A stretch of 62,004 bases of DNA, counting the filler, from Hausera hauseri (lineage: Eukaryota): the NCBI GenBank assembly GCA_046269625.1. It is 11 parts of 11 records of this genome, joined end to end, with 100 filler letters (N's around TTAATTAATTAA, not from the genome) between each part and the next. Parts side by side here need not be neighbours in the genome. Positions count along the whole stretch, not along the records: positions 38,963 to 52,397 come from JBJURY010810975.1; positions 52,498 to 57,704 come from JBJURY010307165.1; positions 57,805 to 62,004 come from JBJURY010704882.1; 8 more parts are not named here. One strand, given 5' to 3'. Numbering within the stretch: position 1 is the first letter of the stretch; each line of letters opens with the position of its first letter. The notes beneath the pieces are model-generated. The model saw nothing but the letters and a program-made list of their open reading frames with translations. It did not search any database and was not told the DNA's origin. This document shows, piece after piece, positions 47,720 to 58,929 of this stretch. Both the position numbers and the translations under genes were made by a program.

Positions 47720-50700
47720 TTGACGTAAATTATAACGTTTATTGGGCCGTATTTCCGTCTTAACAACTCTTTGTACTGACACGATTTCTTCCTTTCCGTT
47801 TTTGTTGATGTACACCGTGGTTGGTGTAACTCTGGTAACTTCGTACGGTCCTCTGCCTGTACGAGTTAATTTCAATGAGGTGCCTTTTTTGGCTACGGGA
47901 TAGTGTACATAAACTCAATTCCCTTGTTCTAAATCGTGCGGTTTAGTTTTCTTATCATATTGCTTTTTAAACTGCTCTTGATATTCTTGAGACAACTCTT
48001 TGGCGATTTCCCAACATTTTTGCAATCGCACCTGTAATGCTTCTGCAAAATTCTGTTCCAAGTCTTCCGGCTTTACCGTGTAGGGCGTCATTCCTAAGTC
48101 TGTACGTAACACAGCTTCACGTCCATACATCATAAAAATGGCGTAAATCCTGTTGCTGGATGCGGAGTAATATTAATTGCAAATTGAGTTCCTTCTAAAA
48201 ATTCGTCCGAATCTTTTTTGTCCTAAGCTACTACGGTTGATAGTATAGGTATGACAATTGCATTCATTCGATCAACTATTCCATTACACTGCGGATGATA
48301 CGCAGTTGTGGTTAACCTTACGATTTCAAATATTTTGCTAATCTTCTCGAATAGTTCACTGTCAATATTTGGTCTGGCGGTCCATATCGGCAAATGATTC
48401 TTCTAACCACAACTTTGGCCAAGGTTTCTTCCTTTTGATCAATTAGCGCTATTCGACAAAATGAGTTAGTCGATCAATACAAGTCAAGATGTAATTATTG
48501 TCCTTGTGTATCGTAGGTAGCGGTCCTACGATATCCATTGATATGGCCTGCATGGGTCTATCCGGTACGTTGATTGGTTTCAGTTCTGCCATGCATTTTT
48601 TGTCTTCTTTTGTTTCGTCGCACATACTTTACAAGCATTCACCCAATTTTTTACATCAATATAGATACTGGGCCAAAAGTACTTATTCAATATTCTTTCC
48701 AGCGTCTTTTTCCATATGTGTCCTGCTAAATATGAATCATGTTCTGCCATTAAGACTTCGGTTCGTAAACTCTTAGGAATGACTATCAGTTTTCTTCCTT
48801 TCCGTTCGTGATATAAGATATCTACATTACTTTTGTCATTTAAGACGCAGTATTTATGTCCCTGCCTGTGTAAATGTTTCTTTGCCGTCCTTTTGGTATG
48901 ATGGCCTTTTTACCAAATTCTATAATTTGCTGAATAACTTTATCCTTCCTTTGTTCGATGGAAATTTTAATCGTTTTATCCATTGTTAAGACGCGACTTT
49001 TCTTCATTATGGTGATTACACTTGTTTTCGTCCTGAATCTTGATAGTGCATCGGCATCTACATGTTTATTTCCTGGTTTATATTGGAATTCAATATTGTA
49101 TCTAGAGATTTCTTCGATCCATCTATTAAGTCTGCGTGTCGGATTATTTGCTTGGCCTTTTAAGGTCGTGACGGCTTTATGGTCAGTGACAATTATAATT
49201 TTCTGCCCGCACACATAAACGTTGAAATTTCTAAGCGATTCTTTTACTGCTAGGGTTTCTAATTCAGTAACAGAATAATTTTTCTCGGCTTTCTTCAGGG
49301 AACGTCCTCAATAAGCAGTTGGGTGTTCTAATTCTTCATCTTTTCTTTTCTGCGCTAATTCATATCCAATACTTTCTTTAGTGGCATCTGTTTTGATTAA
49401 AAAAGGTGAATTGAAGTCTGGATATCGTAGAACTGGTTCACTTTTTAATATTTTCTTCATTTTGTCGAAGACTTTCTGTTCGACATCCGTCCATTTCCAT
49501 TTAATTCCCTTTTTGAATAGTCGGTACAGAGGTGCATTAATTTTTGAGTTATCCGGTACGTAGGTGGCATAATATCCACAAAGGCCTAGCCAATATCTTA
49601 ACTCTTTCTGATTTTGAGGTTCCATGCAGTCTGATATCTTGTTTAATATTGATTTGTCCGGTTTTGATCCTCCTTCTTTGACTATATGGCCAAATTAAGA
49701 TACTGCGTTCTGTGCCCATTTACTTTTCGGATTTAATTTTAATCCGGCCTGTTCTAGTCCCATCAACGTGTGTTCAATATCCTTTAAGTGTTCCTCTTCC
49801 GTTCTTGACGCTATCATTACATCGTCTAAATATGCAAAAGCAGGGTCTAACCCCAATAATATTTTGTTTATCATCCCTGTAAATATGGCCGGTCCGGTAT
49901 TAATACCAAAGGGCATTACGTTGTATTCATAAACACCATTGTGTCTTGAACGCTGTTTTATATCGATCTTTGTCTTCGATTTCTACTTGCCAAAATTCGG
50001 ATTGTAAATCCAGATATGGTAAGCCATTTTGCCCCTAAGAGTCTATCCAGAGCCTCTTTTACACATGGCATTGAAAAAGAATCTTTCATCATGAAATTAT
50101 TTAGTCCTCTGTAGTCGATACAGAATCGATGTTTCTTAGTACCTTTCTTTTTAACCATGAGGATTGGTGAGTACCAGGATCTATAACTGGGCCTAATTAT
50201 ATCGGCCTTAAGCATTCGCTTGACTTCTTTTGTTATCTTGGGTCTTAGTGAAAGTGGCGGAGGATACCATTTCGGCATTTTTTGATCTTCAAGATCTATC
50301 TCTTCATTCGAACCAGGCTTCTTCTGAAGCGGAATAGTCAACTTTAATGACTTTGCCCTGCCAATATCTTCGTCGTTCTGAGCAATAATCGACTTATAGC
50401 GACACAATAATTCATAGAATTGACAATATGATTCAGGTGAAGACTTAGTTTCAACATGCGGTGGGAAATCGGCATACTTGTAAGAATTTTCTTCAGTACT
50501 TATAGATGACACCCTATACGTATCTCCTAAAGTCGTATAGGCATGAAGTTTTACGGGGGTCGGTACATTATTTTCTATCCTGATCGTCAAACGACCGGAG
50601 TATACTCTTGTCAATAAGTTACTGAGTATTGTATTTGGATTCAATGTCTCCTTTGGTTCAAAATATACCGGTTGATCATCATCTTGTTGAACATGCGCGT

Positions 50701-51140
50701 AAATTATTATTTCTGTTTTCGGCGGAATGTTTTTATTTACTGGTATCCATACTTCCCCAAATTTTCTATCCTTCGTGTTTTTTACACCTTTATTCGGCCT
50801 AATTTCTATTAATTTTCCCGTTTGTAAGTCTATTGCTATATTCTGTAGCCTTTTTTATAGGTCACACCCTAAAACTACGTAGTCAGTTAATTGTTCCATG
50901 ATTGCAAATTCGTGACGGAAGAACTGTCCGACTATTTGGACTTCTGGGTTCCATTTGAACATTGGTTTCGACATTTGGCCAAAAGCTCCTCTGCTGCCTG
51001 GGTCTTCCGTAAATGATGGGTATAACTGTCCTCTTAAGGTTTGAGGTATACAATCTATTTTAATGTAAGACATCTCAGAAACCGCATCAATTAATGCGTA
51101 AACCTCCCAGTCTTCAAGAATGATTTTGGCGAAGGGTCTT
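47720..51140 (-). pseudogene. pol copy B (PR, RT, RNase H, integrase)
   Basis: YALIDAVSE and VVLGCD (PR), RFCIDYRGLN and YLDDV (RT), KTDAT and VTDHKA (RH), IDIVGPLP, YHPQCNG and GRGPYEV (IN). Confidence 0.93.
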
Positions 51141-51829
51141 CTTTCTATTACTGTTCCAAAACAGTTTGATGCAACTTTTGGACGCTTATTCGCCGATATT
51201 TTATGTCCGTTGATTCAGATTTCTGGGGAGGATATTATGTTTTCTGATCATTGTCTTAGTTCTCCGTTTGGATATAATCCATTGTTTTCCACGTCCAATT
51301 CTTTCGTTTCATGAGTACTAAATAATGGTTCTCGATTGTTCGTGTGAGGCTCTATATTCCGGAAAGTTTTTAACCTTGGATTTTCCCAGACAAGTGATCT
51401 AGTCTCTATGTTCCGAGGTTCTCTCGGGGAATACAATATTTTAGGGTCAACCATGGGTTGTCGATAACATATTTTTCGTAGGACTCCATAACGTTTCGTT
51501 CCTTTATAGGGGTCTTCTAAACTAATTGTCCTCTTATAGATTTTTGTATGATACGATTTCATTGATCGCTTGTCACAATCTTCGTAAACTGGAGCAGTAG
51601 GGAGTAGCATAGGCAGTGGTGCTTTAATGACGGAATACGTTCTGTGCCTTTCAGTTTTCGAAGGTACTTCTCCTCTCTTAGGCTCGTTATCATCTGAACT
51701 ATTCCTTTGTGTATTATGTTTCGTGATTTTCCGCTTGTTCAAGAACATAGGTTTCCTTTTTCGTTTACGATTATAGTAACTGACATGACGTTCTACGTCC
51801 GATTTCCATCTATTCTCTTCGTATGCTTT

Positions 51830-52397
51830 CAAAAACTTTCCAAAAGACGTTATAATTGCAGTTAGTATCTTGCATGAAAATCCAGTCAATGTAAATATTT
51901 CATAACCATTTATTACTGTTTGGATGACTGCCTTAATTATTTGTATCAGGAAATATATCGCTAAGAATCCGGATGCGGCTTGTCGAAAAATCAAAAATCT
52001 TCCCTAAGTTTTGTAGAGTATTTCTGTGGTTACCCTCTGGTAATGGTTTACGCCAAGCAGTGATTCCCATTTAGCTTGATATCTAGTATCATCTACTACC
52101 GAGGCCATGGCTCGATTTAATTCATGTGTCCGCTGTCGTGGAAAGGCAAGAAATTGTCTAAAGGCTTCAATATCTTTAGGCCTATATATGCCTTTTTGTG
52201 AGGTATCCTGGAACTTGTCGACGGTGATTCCTTTTGCAAGATTCGTGCCAGTTAGCTTCCTTGGGGCAGCAGTAATGCATCCATTAGGAAAACTGACCCA
52301 ATCTGTTTCTCTAAGTCTAAACATAAGCTCGCCCAAACTTGCCTTGCAATCTTAAAGGATTGTTGGTTCAGTTACGTTATCTAATAACACTAGTGAG
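51830..52397 (-). pseudogene. Chuvirus-like (class III-type) fusion glycoprotein, C-terminal part
   Basis: DC...LMFRL...W..FP, GIYRPKDIEAFRQFLAFP, T*GRFLIFRQAASGFLAIYFLIQIIKAVIQTVINGYEIFTLTGFSCKILTAI. This fits the recalled chuviral G pattern GIY...D....R....FP / W..F..FG..SAG......IK....T.IHGY.L....GWS..LL.A. Confidence 0.78.
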
Positions 52398-52497
52398 NNN
52401 NNNNNNNNNNNNNNNNNNNNNNNNNNNNNNNNNNNNNNNNNTTAATTAATTAANNNNNNNNNNNNNNNNNNNNNNNNNNNNNNNNNNNNNNNNNNNN

Positions 52498-53756
52498 CTT
52501 CTTATGTACCCAAGGTGAAATCGATAACTATAGCCGAAAAACTACGATACGCGATGAAACGCAGGTATATCCAGAATATGAGTACACGATATGGATTGGA
52601 GCAAACCATGTGTATGGTTTGAAGCAAGCGAACCTATTAAGAACCACGTAAAACTTCAAATAACATTTGTAACCAGATACACGATGAGAACATGTGATTT
52701 TCCATACGGATATGAAAAAAGATGCTGTGATTTGGATTTTGGACAAACCTACGGATGCAGATTTCAAGTGCTTTATTCTAATCAGTTTGCAGCTCAAGTT
52801 TATATAATTACAGAACTCGTAATAAGAATGCCCCAACAAGAGGACGCAAACCAAGCCAAGACGGACGAAATAATCCGAAGCACTGACCCGTTTAAAAGAC
52901 TCTTAGATTATAACATTATGGGGATTTACAAGGACTTACAGAATCAGTGTATACGAATTGAGACCAAAATAGAGCTGCCTGGAGACAGACAAAATTCTGT
53001 CTCATTTATACCATTAAATGCTTACATTTCTAACCCGGAGTATTGTTATCTGGCCAGACACCTATCTACTACGTACTGTGTAATACAAATAGAACAGGAT
53101 TATCAGTTTTAATTCGACCTGTACAATACGTACCCCGGAGAACAAAGCACTTATTTAAGAGGATACTGTCCGAAAAACGGAATATGGAAACTGTCATTCC
53201 CAACCACTACGAAAAAACGGTCTACTGCTCCGAATACAACTCGCACTACTACGATCGTCACTTTGGATGGAATGCCAGGAAGCATACCGGTTAAGATTTT
53301 GGCAAAAAGCAATAAAATTCTATTTTTTGCTGAAGAGACGTTAAATCAAGACGCCAAAATTGAATGTCGCACCCTGCACACCAACCAAGTCGTGATCCTG
53401 AGAAAGAATAGTCAGGAAACTGAATGCAGGTCATTACGGCCGCAACATTACTATATAGTCAGAATCACTGCAAAGAGTAAGAACCCTAAAACGTACACAG
53501 TGTGGACTTTAGATAATAGAATTGAAATAATGCAGCATAAGGGTCTTAGTACCCAAAGTGTGTTCACCACAAATAGTTCCATCAAGGAAAATAATTTACC
53601 AATAATAGCTATATTTAATTTGCCTAGTTTCGTTCTTGTCACATTAAAGGCGATGATTTTTCTATTTTCCACAAATTGTAATAAAAGCTGTAAATATCAA
53701 AAAGGAGATAAAAGGGAAAAAAGCACCAAGACGGACTTTATGATAGCATAACCTGA
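52498..53756 (+). pseudogene. Type I membrane protein copy C
   Basis: Two Cys domains, ECRSLRPQHYYIVRITAKS (FN3-like) and a hydrophobic segment. An alternative frame ends LYDSIT*. Confidence 0.72.
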
Positions 53757-53861
53757 CAACTACAGAATGGATTATCCTACCATCAGACAGAGAAAATGTT
53801 TTGTTTCAAAACAATGATCTGTCTTAGGATTAACCTTTATTTTTATTTTAGCAGAGTAAGT

Positions 53862-56288
53862 ATGGCCAAGAAGGCGAAGAATCCACAGTCAGTTCCAATT
53901 TTGATATCGATGGCTTCCTACAGCAGCACGTCACGGTTCTTAAACCACTATCCAAAAGCTTATATCGACAAATTGGAGAAAATCTGAAAACGCAGAACTA
54001 TCCAGAGTTCGACCAAGAAAGTAAAATACCAAACGGACTAAAATGGGGTTTAGAAGAGAATCGACTGGTTCGATTATATGCCATGCGAAATCCGAAGGAT
54101 GCACGGGCATATCTTTTAAGAGATCTAATTCCATACGAGCCGACACATCAGCAATTGTACGTACATGTCGCTGATGGATAAATTCAATTCAGGATCGTAG
54201 GACAATCCTGGAGTACGCAAAAAGGGCAACAGTGGAAATTTAGTACTTATGAGCTATGCTGCTATAGCCTCATAAATTATGCTCTGGAATTCAGGATCGC
54301 GGACCTTCCGACCAAAATTATGATCGAGATGACGTGGTGAACAGAGGTAATGAAGCCACTACCACCGTTATTATACGTAAAGAAGCCATCAGAAGATGAA
54401 ATAGAGTAAATGGGAAATTGTATAGATTAGTCCCAGATGGCCGAAATACCCGGATATTAGCCGTAAACTATGAAGAAAAGGATGACGGATGGTATGTTCC
54501 GATTGAGGTCTCTATCAAAAATACTAATGGAGAACAGGTTGTAAATAAAATAATCGCACCATGAGCGATAAAAGGATACTTTTCCTGACGTTGAAGGAAT
54601 TACAAAAGTTCAGCTCGAAAAAGGAAAGGATTTCTTGTAGATCCAAGAAGATATAAGCCATTGCTTATATGGATATATTGTTACCGGATTCCGAGTGCAC
54701 AAAGCGTTGGAACGATTAGGAATTAGGCAAGAATATATAGCCGGAATTCGAGAATTGAGCCAAAACCCAGCAGTTGTGAGCCAAGTAGAAAATACCTTGA
54801 TGCGGAAAACAGGTTGCCTGCTTCCGTCAGCATTGCGCGAATCGCAATTTTAGATGATGCTAGAAGCCATGAATGTCGAACGATCCAAATTCCATAACCT
54901 GATTAAAACAAGTCAACGGACCAAATTTATAAAAGATATCTATGACTCGTTACGATGGGATCACGAGTGGAAACCTAGAAATTACATGCAGAATGCGATA
55001 TTCGACAATAACCCCAAGATCCTAATACAAAAAATCCAAAAAGGATTTAGTAAATACCCGATTTATCGGCAAGTAGTACCCCAAGAACATAACCGATTTT
55101 GAGTGACAGTTCAAAATAATCCAGTAGAAGTTCCTAACAGCCAACAAAAACCAACGACCAGTCAAGCTCAAAAAGAAATAATAGTGAAATCAAATAACCC
55201 CGACAACTCAAGAAGGCAAAAGACAAAAACTTCCTTCCTGGAATATATTAGTAAGAAGAAGAGCAAACCTAGTAAAAATCAAACAGACGAAAACAAACCA
55301 GCAGCCGACAGCCCAATTCAGAAGGAACCGACAAACGATCAAAAGGAAATATCGAACCAACAAGGAACAAAGGAAAACAACGAAAATCAGTGAAGAACTA
55401 CCAAAACCGGATCGTTTAAGACAGAAGTTAACGTTCTTCGGAAAAACTGGGAGGAAGATACTACAATTATCGTTACAGAATTCGGTCAAGTGAAGGAATA
55501 TAAAAGAATCCTCGTCATGCCTGAGTATTATAGCAAATGTAAAATCAAAGCTATATTTTATGTATCCACTGTCCCTAGAAGAATAGTAAGTGGAAACGGG
55601 TATGCCAGAGAAGATACTACCATTGGCAGATACCTAGCCCCAATATTTCAATCAAAGAATGGCACTAACAGATTGACAATTCTCGTGGATACCCAAGTTA
55701 GAATTCAACTAAAAAGACAATACAAGAAAACTGGAGTACCCGACTTGGATAAATAGGAAATAGTTGAATGGACATTGGTTACGGTATCCGACGATCCGAA
55801 GAAAAATTCAATAGACCCCAATAAAAAGAGATTATACGGATATATATACCAAGACAAAGAGGGACTGGCATTCGAGAGAATAGAATGGATGAAAACCTTG
55901 TGGACATCGACGGAGCTGAAAAGGAAGAATGTCCCGTTTGCGACGCGGATCTCTATCAAGGATTCGTAGTACTGGACAACAAAGATTGCAGTCACAAATA
56001 TTGCCGGTACTGTTTAGAGACGTGGACCCTGAAAATGGGAAAACGACCTGTCCAGTATGCAGAGCCGAAGCTACAAGGCTGAGATACTACTCAAATGGAG
56101 AAAATAAGAAAATAGTAGAGATATTACCCGAGAAGGCCACTACGTCCTACCATTTTAACTTGCAATTGCCGTCGAACGAAACGGATTCGGAAGCGGACTT
56201 ACGCGGACGAATGAAGCGATTACACGGCACCTTTACTGACGCAATGGGCACATCCGAGAGTGCCGTTCAGGGAATAGAAATGTTGTGA
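53862..56288 (+). pseudogene. Accessory ORF copy C (DEDDh-like fold plus RING)
   Basis: RILAVNYEE...VPIEVSIKNTNGEQVVNKIIAP...GIT..QL..G......EDISHCLYGYIVTGF, and CPVCDADL...CSHKYCRYC...TCPVCR. More decayed than A or B. Confidence 0.78.
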
Positions 56289-56958
56289 AATGGTCACCCT
56301 TGTAAATACTGAAACCGAAAACGAAACCGTTAATCAAAACGGAAAGTGAAATGATAAGTTAATGGATTGTATAATTAGTTTATGAAGTTTTGAAATGCAA
56401 GCCGAGTGTAAATAAACCGAAATTCTATTGAATACTTGAAAATAAATGAACAAAATCCAGTAAAATACGGGAAATGCGAAAATCAAGGAAATTAAATTGT
56501 AAATAAACGAGTCCAGAGCTACTATATAAGCCGATGGATTCATGTATAGTTGCCAGTTGTTAAACAGTCAATACGAGTAAACAGAATCAACATTGCGTAA
56601 TACAGAAGAATTCGATACGGTTAATAGAAGGACATTGAATTGAACTGTGAATCTACGATAGTGATATTGGTATTTTCTTTGTTGTGTTAATAAATCATTG
56701 TTGTAAACTCCTATAGTTCTCCGTTGCTCCTTACGAGGGACCTGTACCACACTAAGTTTTAAAATCGATTTAAACTTCATAGTTAAGTTGAGAATTTCTA
56801 AACTATGCAAGACACCGCACGCAGTACAAGCATCATAAACTAGTGCAAACATTCTAACGAGAACGTTAGGACTTATCTGCTCAAAATCATCATTAAACTT
56901 CGAGTTTCAATATTGTTATAGTTGGGTGTTGAATAGGGTCCACCCTCAACTATTAACA
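56281..56958 (+). repeat. LTR of copy C (678 bp)
   Basis: PPT AGGGAATAGAAA, termini TGTT...AACA, TATATAAG at 56523. Confidence 0.88.
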
Positions 56959-56960
56959 TT

Positions 56961-56978
56961 TGGCGACTCTAGCAGGAC
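56961..56978 (+). promoter_or_regulatory. Primer binding site, probably tRNA-Arg
   Basis: TGGCGACTCTAGCAGGAC starts 2 nt after the LTR end. It is complementary to a tRNA 3' end ...GAGTCGCCA, as in Arg(UCU)-type tRNAs. Confidence 0.75.
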
Positions 56979-57245
56979 AGTTGGCACTCGCTAGACTTGA
57001 CTTTTAGTGAAAAGTAACTACATATTAGCGATCAGCGCTACCACATCAAATAATTGATTGTAGATTGTTGTGAAATTGAAATTTGGGATTATAAGAAACC
57101 CTCAGTATTATAACGACATATTATTGGATCAAGAACGAATATTGATAGACATAAGTCAGACGATAACTTAAATCTCATTCTAAACGGTAAGGAGAATAGT
57201 GATTTTCGAGAAACACGTAATAGAGTTTATAGACAATGTAAGACG

Positions 57246-57704
57246 TTGATTAGACGCACTTTATCTGAAACAAATTTAGCTAATACTGAATCTATTGACT
57301 TAAACGCTGTTGAACAGCCTATTGAATTTAAAGTTCCTGATAAGAGAATTAGAGCTCGTAAGGTAGTTAAGCAAAATCTAGTAAACGTTGAGAATATTGT
57401 TGAAAATCAAGCAGTAGCTCAAAAATTGGATATTTTTACATTCGATTCTCTAAATCTTCAGGCGTACGACGGAGACCCGGACGGACTTAATGAGTTCTTA
57501 AGGACATATAAGTTGCATGCAGAAGGTGCTGGACTTGCAGCTAACGTGATGATTAAACGTTTGTCGTTGTATTTAAAGAATCTGGCCGCTGATGCCTATA
57601 GTGAACTCACTGACGAGGAGAAGAAAACTTGGTCCTCCTTGGTAGGAGCCCTGAATCGAAAATTGTTACCGACTGTAACTCCGCAGCAAAACTCATGGCT
57701 TTCC
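57246..57704 (+). CDS. Gag (capsid N-terminal region), partial
   Basis: AYDGDPDGLNEFLRTY...RLSLYLKNLAADAY..L......TWSSL..AL, downstream of the PBS. The start codon is uncertain. Confidence 0.85.
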
Positions 57705-58929
57705 NNNNNNNNNNNNNNNNNNNNNNNNNNNNNNNNNNNNNNNNNNNNTTAATTAATTAANNNNNNNNNNNNNNNNNNNNNNNNNNNNNNNNNNNNNNNN
57801 NNNNTCCATAGCTAGTTGGGTCGTCATACGTTGAAACAATGTCATTAACAAATTTAACACTTTCTTTCGTCTTATCTTTATTTTTACGTTCGTATTTGTG
57901 AATTAATGTATTCTCGGTTGATACATCCAACATAGACGAGCTTTCAAGAAAACATGGAAGCAAGCACGGTGAAAGACGTTCATTATCCATAGAATTCTGT
58001 TTCATAGACAAACCAGACATATTACAAAACTTATCACTGTCCAATATTTTTGGTATTTTAGAATCAAATATTTGATATTTTGAACTAATTTCAATATACG
58101 GAAAATTCGGATAGATCAAATATTGTTGTTGTCTAGACATGGGAAAACTATTGGAGAAGAAATAAAACTGCTAAATCGTTTTTACCTTGCTTTAGGACTT
58201 TGCAAACAAAAGAATTGACTCAAGAATATTCAAAAGACAATGTTTACAATTTTCGAAACTTTTACTTTTCAAATTCAGTAAAACAATTTTTTTGCAAGTA
58301 ATATACAAAAGTGTGTACACAATTTACTTATTAGAAAATCACTGTAATCGGCATTTAAAGTTAATAAACATAGCATGATCACAATATTTCCCATAATATT
58401 CATCATGAACAATAAATGTAACTATGTATGTTGGTATTTACAAAAAACATTGAGCAAATGATATCGCAATGAAGTCATAATAATAATAATAATAGAAAAA
58501 ATGCATTTTAAAATCAAAGATCAGGAGAGAAAAACAGCTCATTAAAGACTTGGTACATAAACAAAGGCAATTCAACGAGACCTCAAAACAGTTTGTGTAT
58601 AAACGCGCGTTTGTGTAGCACAGCTGTACAGAAACAATATGCAATCACAACCGTAGGAGGTAAGAAAGATGATATCAAAAGATAATCATTGGGGAAATAA
58701 GTCATTGTTGATTAGTGGAGTTGTACAGATCAAAATGGTTGTTAAGTTTAATTTAATGTTCGATGATCTGATAATTTTGTTATTACTGAAATCGGTCGGA
58801 CAATTGGCGAATCAATTTCACGAATGTTGTTGCAAATGCTGACAGCCGAATCACAACTGCGATTGTCGACGTCGATGACAGCTCTTTTAGCTTAACGACT
58901 TCGGATGATCGTGATGGTTTGTTTGTGTT

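Larger units (their letters stand above)
43360..52397 (-). mobile_element. Complex Gypsy-like element copy B: glycoprotein-PR-RT-RH-IN-membrane protein-accessory ORF-partial LTR
   Basis: All parts are collinear on the minus strand within one contig. Confidence 0.92.
52498..57704 (+). mobile_element. Complex Gypsy-like element copy C: 3' half, LTR, PBS and start of gag
   Basis: Homologous to copies A and B. The LTR is flanked by both a PPT and a PBS. Confidence 0.9.

Noticed and set aside
52300-52700. Joining copy B's glycoprotein end to copy C, or treating the gag at 57246 as B's own gag
   Set aside because: A linker separates them and the strands are opposite. The composite layout is inferred from homology only.
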